DNA of 64,000 nucleotides from Podarcis gaigeae (taxonomy: Eukaryota): assembly GCA_964106915.2 (NCBI GenBank), contig OZ066926.1; one strand, 5' to 3'. The position numbers were made by a program, and so were the translations under genes. The notes beneath the pieces were generated by a model. It was not told where the DNA came from, made no database searches, and saw nothing but the letters and a program-made list of their open reading frames with translations. Positions 50,336-62,316 of the stretch are shown piece after piece. Position 1 is the first letter of the stretch. Each line of letters opens with the position of its first letter.

Positions 50336-51908
50336 ATCTGCAAATTCCACCATGATTAGAGTGTTTTCAGTACTAGAGTACCTGAGAGCAAACCGTTCAT
50401 CTGAGAAAGTGATTTTTTTAAAAAAGGAGAAAGTATGGATAATTTAAGAGTATACAAACCAAAATATGAGAGCAAGCCTGAGCAAGTGAGCTCAAGATGT
50501 TGGACATATTATTTCTGAGAGAAACTCTGGAAGCAGTTCTCATTTAAATGCAAGCGTAACAGAAAATTGCATTAAGGTAATGTTGAGATGGTACCTAATT
50601 CTAGCAATGACCAATAGAAGAAATAGTAACTATCCAAAAACATGTCGGGAAAGAAGCAGGAGGCTAATATTATATGTGGTGGAAATACTGTAGAGTGCAG
50701 AAATATCTAACAGAAGTTCGGAGAGCGCCGATGAATACAGGTCCTGCTTGCAGACTTCCCGTAAGGATCTGCCATTGGCCACTGGAGAACAGGCCCCTGC
50801 TCGACTGGATGGGCCTTTGGGCTGATTCTTCAGGGCTGTTCTTAGATTTGTATGTTCCCAATGCATGTCTTTTGGATAGAAGAGCGTCTTCCACCTCCCC
50901 ATGTATTTCCAGAATGGTTGGTTGATTAGGATGGGGAGCCTGTGGCTGGAATACATTTCCTAACACCCCTGACCGTGCTGGCTGGAAGTTGCAGTCAAGC
51001 AACATCTGGAGGGCCACATCTGGAGGGCCATTCCTGGCTTGAGCACTTAGTGGCACAATGCAACAGAAACAGGCAATATCCATCTACAATGCACAGTCTG
51101 AGCCAGCCGTCTGAGGCATCTCTAGACTTCTTGCTGGAGCCCCTTTCGTCCTCCGTTGGGCTCCCTCTGCCAGCAGGGCCCACCTGACACCCTCGCAAGA
51201 CAGGAAGCCCTTTCTACCCCACCTCCCCGCAAAAAAACCCTGTGTTGCTGCCCAGTCCTGCCCTGTGAACGGCTGCTGCCCTCAGCCAGGGCTTGCTTGG
51301 AAACCTCTAGTCCTGTGAAAAATAAACTGGGCTTATTTACTTCTGAGTTTAAAAATAAAAATAAACCTTGCCCTCTTCTTCAAGCCTCTTCCCTCCGTTC
51401 TCCCCTTCTGCATGTCTGTGTGTGTTTGTGTCTCCCTTCTCCCTTCTATAGTTTTGTTCTGTAAAATTTTATCACATTCTTTCTAGTTTGGCTTGGTTTA
51501 TAAAAGAAAATAAACAATCAAATAACTGGTGTTCAGGGATACACACACACACATTCAACTAAAACTCAATAGTGAATTATATTTAAATATCTAAAAGCAT
51601 GACACAGAATTGGCTTCTTGTTTAGTAATGTAATTAAAGTTTTAGGGAACATCCTCTTACATTAACTTTGATATCTGTGCTACTAATTACTTCTGCAGCT
51701 TTAATTTTAGAGAAAATGTGTTAATTTAAAATTATCTCTATTATAAAATTACAGTTGTAGTAATATGCTAAAGGTAATTTAAAACATTATCAGTTTTAGA
51801 CTCCTAAATATTAGCAGCTGCCAAGATATTACCCCGTTCTACATAGATCCATCCTTATTTCAGACATTGTAATATATTGGTATATCACAATGTTTAGCAG
51901 GTGATATA

Positions 51909-52134
51909 CAGTGGTACCTCAGGTTACAGACGCTTCAGGTTACAGACTCCGCTAACCCAGAAATAGTACCTCGGGTTAAGAACTTTGCTTCAGGATGAGA
52001 ACAGAAACCGTGCTCCGGCGGTGCAGCAGCAGCAGGAGGCCCCATTAGCTAAAGTGGTGCTTCAAGTAAAGAACAATTTCAGGTTAAGAACGGACCTCCA
52101 GAACGAATTAAGTTCTTAACCCGAGGTACCACTG
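51909..52134. mobile_element. TcMar (Tigger/pogo-like) MITE
   Basis: CAGTGGTACCTC...GAGGTACCACTG, TA flanks. Confidence 0.88.
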
Positions 52135-53304
52135 TATCACAATGTTGAAAACCAGACATTGCTCAGCCCTAGCATGAAATACGAGTTTGTGCATTTTGGC
52201 AGATGTTTACTAATAAACAGCTGTGGTGCCTTAATAGCATCAAATGCGTTGCAAGTGAATGTCAAGGTCTCCCCCCCCCATGTCATCTCCCCCCCCCCCC
52301 GTCCTTCATTCCTTTCATGTTCCTCCAGCAAATTATTTCTCTCCTCATCCTCTTCTTCTTTTTTAAACACCAAACAATGTGGCTTCTGAGGGGCAAAAGC
52401 ATTGAAGTTTACTGAAGCTCTAAACATTTTCTCCCCATGGGAACCAAACTGACTTCTTTGTCCTTTGATCCCAGACAATAATTTACACAAATTGCCACAG
52501 AGTTGGACATGATCTGTTTGTGTATAAACTGGGCCTTTAACGTTATATTTATGAGCGAAATGAAGTGAAGTTTCTCATGAACTGAACTACTTGAGGCGAG
52601 AGAGTCACAGGACGCTCCGCAACCTCCATCCCCCTCTTGGCATGCAGAAAATGTCCAGGAGATTTCTGAGCTGCACCTTTTTCCCTGGTGCATTAGTCTT
52701 CTATGTGCAGAGAGTTGGGAAACATTCAGATATGCAGTCTGAAGTGATGCAGAGCAGGAAAAGCTCTATCACGCAATTGCATGTTCTTGGATAAATGGTC
52801 CTCAGTCTGTCAGCACTACAGACAAGACAGATTGAGGACCACAAAATTTAAGTTCCCATCACTCCTCAAGGTCCAGTGCCCCTGGCTAATTAGTTTGTGG
52901 CCCAGTTAGCATGTAACATTAAGCCAAACCATGGTTTAGCTGCAGGTAGCAAGGCGACATGACAACCAGGGGCAAATTGAATTTGTCAATTTTTTTACAA
53001 GTCCCCACATGTTCATGCATCACCATAGTTTGGCTTAGTGCTATGTGCAAATCAAGCCGATATAACTCCTGTTTGAATGTGTTATACAGGGAGCGAGTAA
53101 ATGAGGAAATAGGGTGCAGTTGGAATGAGGTGAGATCATGAAAACTGAGCTGTATTCAAGGTGCATGATATATCTCTACCTGCTCTTCTCTCCTACCTTG
53201 TCTGTAAAAAGCATACCTGCTGTATGTTACAATAACCAGACTAACTGTCCCCGGAAGATAATCAGTCTCACTGCAGGACTGCTCAGTAACAAGGATGGAG
53301 TAAC

Positions 53305-53570
53305 TTCTTCTTTTTTGACGATCACTCATAGCCCAGTAAGGTTGTCTTCTATGAACATGGTTTTAACAGTGTGTCCGTAAGTGACTATGGAGGCCAATTC
53401 TGGATCCACACGTCCTTCCACAGTGGGGACACCGGTTTCCGGGCGGGAGCTTGATCAGAGTGAGGGTTTGCCAAACGTGACTTCCTTTCAGCATGTTTCT
53501 CCCTTTCGTCCTGAGCTCGAGCGTCTTCAAAGCCCATGACACCTTTGGTAAAGGCTGTAACAAGGGGGTT
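53305..53570 (-). mobile_element. 5'-truncated RTE-clade LINE 3' end
   Basis: C-terminal zinc finger CPHCGRTCGSRIGLHSHLRTHC, (GAA)n tail, 18-bp TSD taacaaggatggagtaac. Confidence 0.8.
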
Positions 53571-53589
53571 TAACAAGGATGGAGTAACA

Positions 53590-53943
53590 AGGGGGAAACC
53601 ACTGAGCCTCTTGGCCCTGCTGATCGGAAGGTTGGCGGTTCAAATCTGTGCAACAGCGTGAGCTCCTGTTGCTCTGTCCCAGCTCCTGCCAACTTGGCAG
53701 TTCGAAAGCACACCAGTGCGAGTAGATATATAGGCACCACTGTGGCAGGAAGGTGAACAGCGTTTCTGTGCACACTGGCTTCTGTCACGGTGTTCCGTTG
53801 TGCCAGAAGTGGTTTAGACATGCTGGCCACACGACCCAGAAAGCTGTCTGTGGACAAACGCCTGCTCCCTTCGCCTGAAGCAGGATGAGTGCTGCACCTC
53901 ATAGTTGCCTTTGACTGGACTTAACTTCTTCTTTTTTTACCTT
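53590..53943 (+). mobile_element. Older Sauria SINE
   Basis: Diverged core ctcctgccaacttggcagttcgaaagca; flanked by taacaaggatgg. Confidence 0.8.
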
Positions 53944-54654
53944 TAACAAGGATGGCTTTACAATCTGACTCTTCGAGCAGTGGTGTGGAGTCACTAATCC
54001 AGGTCATTCTGTTCATTTTTCACTCTCATGTGCAAAATAGTAAGTCGATAAAGCAGCAGAAAATTATTGAAAACAGCAGCTGTTGATGCTTTTTGGTTTG
54101 GAGAATTTTTTTCTGCTTTGTGTTTACTTTTGGGGTTGTTTCTGTGGTCTGTTTATATCACAGTTCTTTGTTGCTTGGAGTGACAACACATTCCATACTA
54201 GTTGGAGTGCTTTGCTTGGTTATTCTAAATTGGCCTTTCTTGGTTAGAAGTTAATATTCCAGATAGATTCCTTCCAGCACTGTTTCTGTTGAACATGCTG
54301 GTGTGTCCACAGGGCCCCTTTAATTTAAGACAACAGCAGTTTGCAGGCTTTTATAGGAGGTGGGACAAACTGCCAGCTAGGTTCCTTTTTCTTTTCTTTT
54401 CTGCCACAACAATGTGATTTACCAACCAAACAGCTTTGGCTGGCGGGTGGAGTGCAGCTTTGAGGGTGACTCCCTTAATGCCAGCTTCTGCTTCCTTCTC
54501 TTACATATTTGGAACTGGAATACTTCTTCAGCTTGATTGGCAGACAAAATACAGATGTCGTTTCCTGGCTCTGTCGTTTGCCTTTGCAGGCAAAGAAAGA
54601 GCAGTTGTGAGAGCAGTTGCAACCAAGCCAGTTTCATAAGTTATAAAAAAATGC

Positions 54655-55156
54655 AGCCCATAGATTGTATTACTGTAGCCTGTTCACCTCTTTGCTGCAA
54701 GATGGTTGAAAAACTTTAGCTGGTGCAAAATTCATTGACCAGGTTGCTTACTGGGACAAGATGGTTTGCACATATAGCACCAATTCTGGCCCAGCTGCAC
54801 TGGCCGCCATTCAAAGTGCTGGCTTTGACTGATGAAAGGCTTAAAACCTCAAGGACTGTCTCTCTCCATAAGAAACAAACTGGACCCTGCGATCCTAATC
54901 TGAGACCCTTCTTTGTGTGCTCTCCCCAAGGAGGCACTCCTGGCATCTTCATTAGGCGCCAGGCAAAAACTTTCCTTCATAACAAGGCCTTTAGCTGATT
55001 CACATTCTGTGACTTTTTAAATGTGTTTGTGGGCAAGGGTTATTGGTTTGTTTGTTTGTTTGTTTGCTTGTTAGTTTTCATTATGTTACGTATTTTGTGT
55101 TTTTGTTTTGTAGATCGCCCTGCAATCTTCAAATGAAGGGCAGTATATAAATGAAT
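54655..55156 (+). mobile_element. Degenerate L2 3' fragment
   Basis: KL.LVQNSLTRLLTG..HIAPILAQLHW..FKVL peptide and L2-type 3' UTR. Confidence 0.7.
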
Positions 55157-55158
55157 TG

Positions 55159-55451
55159 GGGACTTGGGTGGCGCTATGGGTTAAACCACAGAGCCTAGGA
55201 CTTGCTGATCAGAAGGTCGGGGGTTCAAATCCCCACGACGGGGTGAGCTCCCGTTGCTCGGTCCCTGCTCCTGCCAACCTAGCAGTTCGAAAGCACAAAG
55301 TGCAAGTAGATAAATAGGTACCGCTCCGGCAGGAAGGTAAACGGCGTTTCTGTGCGCTGCTCTGGTTCGCCAATAAAGCGAGATGAGCGCCGCAACCCCA
55401 GAGTTATCCGTGATTGGACCTAATGGTCAGGGGTCCCTTTACCTTTACCTT
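55159..55451 (+). mobile_element. Sauria SINE inserted in the L2 tail
   Basis: TSD tatataaatgaat; internal deletion relative to other copies. Confidence 0.9.
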
Positions 55452-57150
55452 TATATAAATGAATAAATAATAGAGAGGTCATGGTTGATTTGCCATCTGA
55501 CCCTCACTGGCGCAGGGAACACACAGAGAGTGATAGGAGCAACATCCCCAGCACTGGAAACCTCTTCTGTTTAAAGGCAGCTTTTCTGGCCCTCTTAGCC
55601 ATGGGGGGAGACAATTGCCTACAAAAGCTTCAGGCTGCTCATTCATCCTGACTGACTTCATTTAGCACTGAAATTGGTCATGGTGACTTCTGGCATTGGC
55701 TCTGGGTTGTTTGGGATGAGAATTATGTAGAGGTTTCTATACCTACAAAGCAGGTACAGTTATCTAGCGCAATTGGCTTCCCTTGTTGACCCATATAGAC
55801 TTTGCCATTTTCCCAGAGGCCAGGCATTTCCTATTATTACAGTTGACAGCTGAACACAGTTGAGAAAGGTGCTGCTGTTTGAGTGCAGGAGGTGGGCCCT
55901 GTCTTTTTAGACTGTTTTATTACTTTAATTTCTAACCTGGAGGAACTAAAATAAATATTTAAACTAATATAAAAATCAGCTGATGAAAACAGATTCTGAA
56001 AGCAATGCCTAAATTGATTCAGCATCATAAAGTAGACCAAAAAATAATCTATCGAAAGCCCAGCGGAATAAAAAACGTAACCCACTACCTAAAAGTATTC
56101 AAGGATGATATTCAGTAGGTATCCTTAGGAAGAGAGTTCCAATGGGAGGGAGGGGGCCATAGCTGAAAAGGCCCTGTTCACAGTGCTTTCCAAGCTGACA
56201 TCTTAGAAGTCATAGTTATTCCTCTTCACCGGAATAGATTTATGCAGTCTATGCAACTGAAGCCATCAAGCATCCCAAACTATTTTACCACTCCAAACTA
56301 CCCTACTAGCAGCCATTACCATAAACAGGGAATGACTGAATTGGAAGGAAGCCTGGTGGTAACCTGGTCCAGCACCCTGCAAACAGATAAAGAATATTTC
56401 TTTTTAGCCAATTAAGAGAGAGAATTAACAGGGTTAACTAATATGCCAGTGTCAGCACAGAGTCATACATGGATGTATCATAATGCAGACATACACATTA
56501 TTTGGTGCAGAGGATGATATTTTATATGCTAAGCAGCATATTCCATAACCTCTAAACCTTTTTATGTGACTGTTGAATATATAGATTTTCCCCCTTAAAA
56601 TGACAATTTTCCCCCAGGGGAAAAAGGGGGGGGGGAATCTATCTTCCCCACAGCTTCAGAATTTCCCAGTTTTATTTCTCTTATTTACACAGCTTTATTC
56701 ATTTTGTCCTGTTGTGGTGCTTTTCATCTTGATTTTCATTTTCTGGTCAGAACTACTGACCATTATCACTGAGTTTATATCCTCAAAGCTTGGTTTAGAC
56801 TTTCTCTACACCATAATTGTTTTTGTTTTCTTTTCTCCTGTATTTCCTTTTCTTCTTCACAATGTGGTACATTTCTTAAATAGCTTATATTTGAATTTTG
56901 TGTTTCTGACTGGCTCTCTAGTTCCATTCATTATTTTAAAGGAAAAAACACAGGCGAATGCTCTCCCCCTTTTTGTTTTGTTTTGAAAATCAGTCTACAT
57001 GTGATCTAGCATTTCCAGGCTGCAGCCATTCTCGCTGTCATACTAGTTCTTGTTCCTTCTGCTGCAAAACTATACAGTGTGTTTTTCTGAATATTTAAAC
57101 CCACATTTTAGGAAAACATAATATTGAGAGATAAAAATACTTTGATGAAA

Positions 57151-57286
57151 NNNNNNNNNNNNNNNNNNNNNNNNNNNNNNNNNNNNNNNNNNNNNNNNNN
57201 NNNNNNNNNNNNNNNNNNNNNNNNNNNNNNNNNNNNNNNNNNNNNNNNNNNNNNNNNNNNNNNNNNNNNNNNNNNNNNNNNNNNNN
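57151..57286. other. Assembly gap (136 N)
   Basis: Run of N. Confidence 0.99.
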
Positions 57287-59976
57287 ATAGCCTGAATTTA
57301 AAATTTAAAAGCATTAGCGGGAGACCTCAGTACTGATCTGCCAGGGTCTTTGCAAAGCTCTGTTCACATTAAACTCTGTTCAGCTATAGCATTAAACCTC
57401 GCTTGGGTGTATTTTTCCTAACCTGGTTGCTGTTCAGATGATCCAGTTTTCATTCATCTTTTCTACTTCCCAGCAAGTCACCAGATGTTCTTCCACCCAG
57501 TTTTAGCCAAGGTTATTTCCAATCACTCCTTAATTCAGACAGGTTGGTTTAACGAACTGGAATTAGCATCTTCCCTGGATAGATAGCCCACTTACAACCT
57601 AAGTTCTCCAAACACCTGGGTGTTGTTATGTGATACAACATTCACTCCAGTTTGAGTAAAATAAATTGCCCTAAATTAGAGATGTGTGTAGAACCATGGT
57701 GAGTATTTCGTGAAGATATTGCTCGATATCCTTTAGGATTTATCTTAGAAACTGAGTAATTAGGTCAGGCAGTCACTGCCTAACTGGCTTATGCTCGTGT
57801 TTCTATGTGGTACGACTATTGACGAATAATTCTGAGCCTGAGGCAGATTCTGCCTCTTTCAAATCCCTGAAAGTGTAGAACTGGAACAGAGTATTCAGCC
57901 TTTGCCTGTCCTCAGTTCACCTTCAGTTCCACATCCTATAGGAGAGTTGGATTTTAGCTCCACAACATAGAGGGGGGGGGGAGAGAGCATGGAAGGCTGA
58001 GAAGCAGTTTGTGAATTTGTGTGACCATGTTAGATGCCACTACAGAGAAGGGAGATTCCTACTAAGAGTGAGGAGAGATGTCAGACCATTTGGAAGTCCC
58101 CACAATAGTATTTATTATTATTATTTTTAACTTCCAATTCCGGGGTCAGAGGAGAGAGGGAGGGGAGCTATTTTAAGTTTCCAGGAAAATGGACTAATGA
58201 TGGCACAGATTGGTTTAGCAGTATGCCTGTAAGCCAAACCACAGCTTAGCTGTGGGAAGCATGGGAGCAGCAGGACCAAGGAAAGGGGTTTACATGCATT
58301 TGCAGTAAACCATGGTTTGGTTTAGTGTTTGCTATGCATGAGTCTGGTCTGATCATTATGTTTGTGGGTGGGTGGAGAAAACCCATGTGTGTTGAGTAAG
58401 TCAGACTGGTTTCCCCTGAGTTTTGAGCTGAGAAATGCAGTATTTTTCAGATACTTTTCAAAAGCCATTGAAACCAGAGAAATGACAAGGAAGAGAATAT
58501 ACAGAGGACCGATTACTAAAGTAATAACTCAGCTAAAATAACTGTGTCAGTGGCTGGTAACGGATTAACTGAATAAAATGTGTAACAAGTATGACAAGCT
58601 CATGTGTGGCTGCTTGGTGTGAGAAGAGCAGGGGTTTTAAAACTCCTCTGTGAAGTTGGCGAGTTGTGTAGCTGCAGCACAGAGCTAGGGCACAGCTCCT
58701 CTGCTGAAGTCATTTCTCTAAGACCAAGGTCATGACTTAACTGCTCCTCACAGATCTCTTGGCATCTGCACAAGAACAGGGATGATACTTGATTAGCCTC
58801 AGGGCAGATTTCCAGGTGGATAAATTACCTGGCAGTCAGTGACGACACAACAAAAAATTATCCTTATGCGTTGTAATTTAAGAACACAGCAGAATGGGAA
58901 AGGTGTGACCTGTATGGTTTTTTTTTTGTGTGAAGACTGTTTGCTTAAAAAATGGTCACAAAATGCTCAATATGACCATTTCTGTTGCATATCAAAAGTC
59001 TCCCCAAAAGACCTCCTGGCACCCTCTTTTATTGCTGTCATCTTGCCATTTTACTTTCTTAAAAGCCAGTTGCCCCAATTCAACTAAAGTTCCTTGTGCC
59101 TAAGTATCTTCTTCTCATTTTTCGATAGTAAGCCCCCCAACTGAGCATCGCAGAACTAAATTCTAACTAAACCACCATAAGATTGTGTTGTAGGTCCCAC
59201 TGAAAGCAATGGGATTAAGAAAGTTGCAACAAGCTTGTTCCATTGGACAAGGTGACAATCCTATGTCTCTTACCAGTAAGCCCCATTGAACTGAACTCAC
59301 TGGAATTTATTTTTTCAGTGGACAAGAATAGGGTTTCACTGTAAGGCCTGCGATTGCCTTTAGCTAGATCAAGGCCAATATTCATGCACGTAGTTAAGAT
59401 AAAAGAATGATCCAAGAGCACAGCTGAAAAAATAGTAATACTATTTAAGACAGCTAAAATAAGTTCTTTTTGAATACAAATTTGAAGCTGAAGTTGGAGC
59501 GCTGATATTTTCCCTCTGAAGGGCAACCCACAGACTGAGGGACAGTGGAGTGGAGTTTGTGTGTGCTTGCCCTTGCCCCTATTCCCATACTAAGACCTCA
59601 TATGTTCACCTAGAGCTTCCTGTAGTTTTGAGAAAATTAGCAGAGCAGCGACGTCTTCCCAAAGTATTCCTAGAGTGGCACTACACTGTTAATAACAAAG
59701 ATTGATAGCAAAGGGGAAGGTGCCTCTCATGATCTACTCTCTTTCTGACATCAAATGGATCTTCGACTTCTCCAAAGCATAGAAGGCAACCAGTGGGGAC
59801 AGTAAAACTGTTTTAGAGCCGAAACTTAAGTTTAGATGTTCTGTTAAGAGTTGCATAGGACATGGAAACCAGGAGATTCAGTGGCCCACATGGTAAATAC
59901 TGTTTGTGCAGTAATCCTTGTAGGTACATTCAGATGTTTCTGTAACGTCTTCCCATTTTTGTTTTGTCTGCTTTAG

Positions 59977-60127
59977 GGGGAAATCCAGGACAATTACTTT
60001 TGAGCAGTTCAAGGAAGCACTTCAGGAGCTGTCCAAGAAGCGTTTCAAAGACAAGAGCAACGAGGAAGCGGTGCAAGAAATGCACAAGCTCATTGAAGGG
60101 AAAGCCCCCGTCATAGCTGGAGTCACG
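59977..60127 (+). CDS. TPPP: TPPP second coding exon
   Basis: ctttag|G...ACG|gtatgg; phase 2-0; (K)[50 protein letters not shown]. Confidence 0.97.
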
Positions 60128-60615
60128 GTATGGGACCCTGATGCTCAGTAACTCTGACATTCTTTTCTAAGGCCTCTCTTCAAATCATAGACTTCTCATT
60201 TCCTCTCACAAGAAGAGTCCTGAAGTTTTGATCAACCCAGCAGGATGCTCATCTGGTTTCACTCTAATGTTCTCGGTGGCAGCTTTTGCGAAGCCAGAAC
60301 ATTCCATAAGAGTTGTATCCTAATGACCAATATTCCTGTTCACCTAATGCTTAAAGATTTTGATTTCTGCTAGAAACTTGTTTTCAGTTAAAATGTGCAA
60401 AACAAAATGCAGAAATTCTGTCTTTCCTACTGCATAATTCTCAGAATGTGGGTTTTCTGGGTTGTAGGACTTTGATAACATGCCACTTGCATATGAGCCA
60501 TGGAACAGTTCAGAACAAAGATAGCAGCCTTCACTCTGCACCAGGGCATTGTGTGGCTCCCACTGTACCAGCAAATATCACCCCCACCCCACCCCCCACA
60601 TCATGTGGCTAAATG

Positions 60616-60773
60616 AAATAATAATAAAAAAAGTCCAGTAGCACCTTAGAGACCAACTAAGTTTGTTCTGGGTATAAGCTTTTGTGTGCATGCACACTTC
60701 TTCAGATACACTGAAACAGAAGTCACAATTAAAAAAAAAAAATGCGTCAGACCAACATGGCTCAATCTAGAAT
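60616..60773 (-). mobile_element. Penelope-like element terminal (pLTR) fragment with an inverted piece
   Basis: 12-bp TSD tgtggctaaatg; ttagttggtctctaaggtgctactgga motif and a hammerhead core on the - strand. Confidence 0.75.
60672..60709 (-). ncRNA. Minimal type I hammerhead ribozyme motif, core G mutated
   Basis: GTAT-CTGAAGA-a-gtgtgcatgcacac-(A)AAA-GCTT-ATAC; the canonical GAAA reads AAAA at 60683. Confidence 0.7.
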
Positions 60774-60895
60774 TGTGGCTAAATGGGTGAATGATGCAAG
60801 GGTGGAAATGGATGAAGCCAGCTTCTGACTGTCTTCAGCGAGAATAAAATCGGCTCTTTCACTCTTGCATCTTTCCTATTCTACTCCAAGCTTAG

Positions 60896-60899
<4 letters not shown>

Positions 60900-60927
<28 letters not shown>
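60900..60927. repeat. (TG)n microsatellite
   Basis: Direct observation. Confidence 0.9.
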
Positions 60928-60930
<3 letters not shown>

Positions 60931-61952
60931 GGCTGTCAGTGATGTCAAGGGGAGCATGGTGCAGTCTCCAAATAGTTGGATTTGGAAGGATCGAGCTGCC
61001 CAAGCTTAGTCAGATGATCATTCCTTTTTTTAGAACAATACTTCAGCCATTTAGTTTCCCTTTGCCACGTGTATAAAGAATTTTGCTGTAGTCTGCATAG
61101 TTCTCATCAACATACAGCTAAATGGAAAGTGAGAACTTTGAACTCTTTCCAAGATGGGGCAAATTCCATGTACCCCACTGTATATAAGTACGAAGGGGCA
61201 ATCACTGTGGCTTTCTTTGCTGACCTATCTCCCCCCCCCCCCAAAAAAAAAAGGCTGCACATTCTGGTGCATTCTAAGCCACCCTGGGTATTTGATCACC
61301 AAACTGCAGCCCAGTCCTAACTGTGGAAATGAGTTGCTTGCTTCTACTCTCAAAATCCAGGGCTAATTCTGAAGATTAACAGAGCAAGGCGAGCCATCGC
61401 CAGCCCATGGCATTGCCAAGTAAGCAGTGGCACTACCTCTTTCACACTAGCTTTATCAACAATATTATGGGTTTAAGGGCACCAAAGGCTCACTTACCAA
61501 ATACCATGATGGTGTGGGGAGTAAGCAGCAGTGGGTTGCCACTGCTCACCTGACCTCTGGTCAGTTGTGTTTCTGCGACATACCAGGCGGTAGATGAGGA
61601 GAAAGGTTGGCACAGTACAAATATGCCAGCCGAGCTGAGCACTGATGTCACCACTGACTCCATCTCCTGCTAAGTGGTAGCAACCAACTGGAGGTTAGGT
61701 AAGCCATGGCAGCCCACCCACCCACCCCCATCCGCTACTGGGAGAAAGCTGTGCCATTATTCCTGGTTCAAGACCCATGGCACTTTATAGAAATTGAACT
61801 GAAGCTGAGAAGTTTGCTGAGGTGATGGCTGAGCTGGAGGGCCACGCTCTGCTCCTTACCTCAGTGGAACTTAATATGATGAAAACCTAAGATTGATCAA
61901 TGAAGGAGGTCAACCTGTTCCAGTGCCTGGGAATAGAATCCCCCTAACTCAA

Positions 61953-62316
61953 GGGACGTGGGTGGCGCTGTGGGTAAAAGCCTCAGCGCCTAGGGCTTGC
62001 TGATCGAAAGGTCGGCGGTTCGAATCCCCGCGGCGGGGTGCGCTCCCGCTGCTCGGTCCCAGCGCCTGCCAACCTAGCAGTTCGAAAGCACCCCCGGGTG
62101 CGAGTAGATAAATAGGGACCGCTTACTGGTGGGAAGGTAAACGGCGTTTCCGTGTGCTGCGCTGGCTCGCCAGAGCAGCGATGTCACACTGGCCATGTGA
62201 CCCGGAAGTGTCTCCGGACAGCGCTGGCCCCCGGCCTCTTGAGTGAGATGGGCGCACCAACCCCAGAGTCTGTCAAGACTGGCCCGTACGGGCAGGGGTA
62301 CCTTTACCTTTACCTT
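61953..62316 (+). mobile_element. Full-length young Sauria SINE
   Basis: TSD taactca; (TACCTT)n tail; same subfamily as 35282 and 36421. Confidence 0.93.

Noticed and set aside
56600-56986. 128-aa hydrophobic ORF resembling a membrane protein
   Set aside because: Phe/Leu/Ile bias follows from T-rich intronic sequence; no motif or splice support
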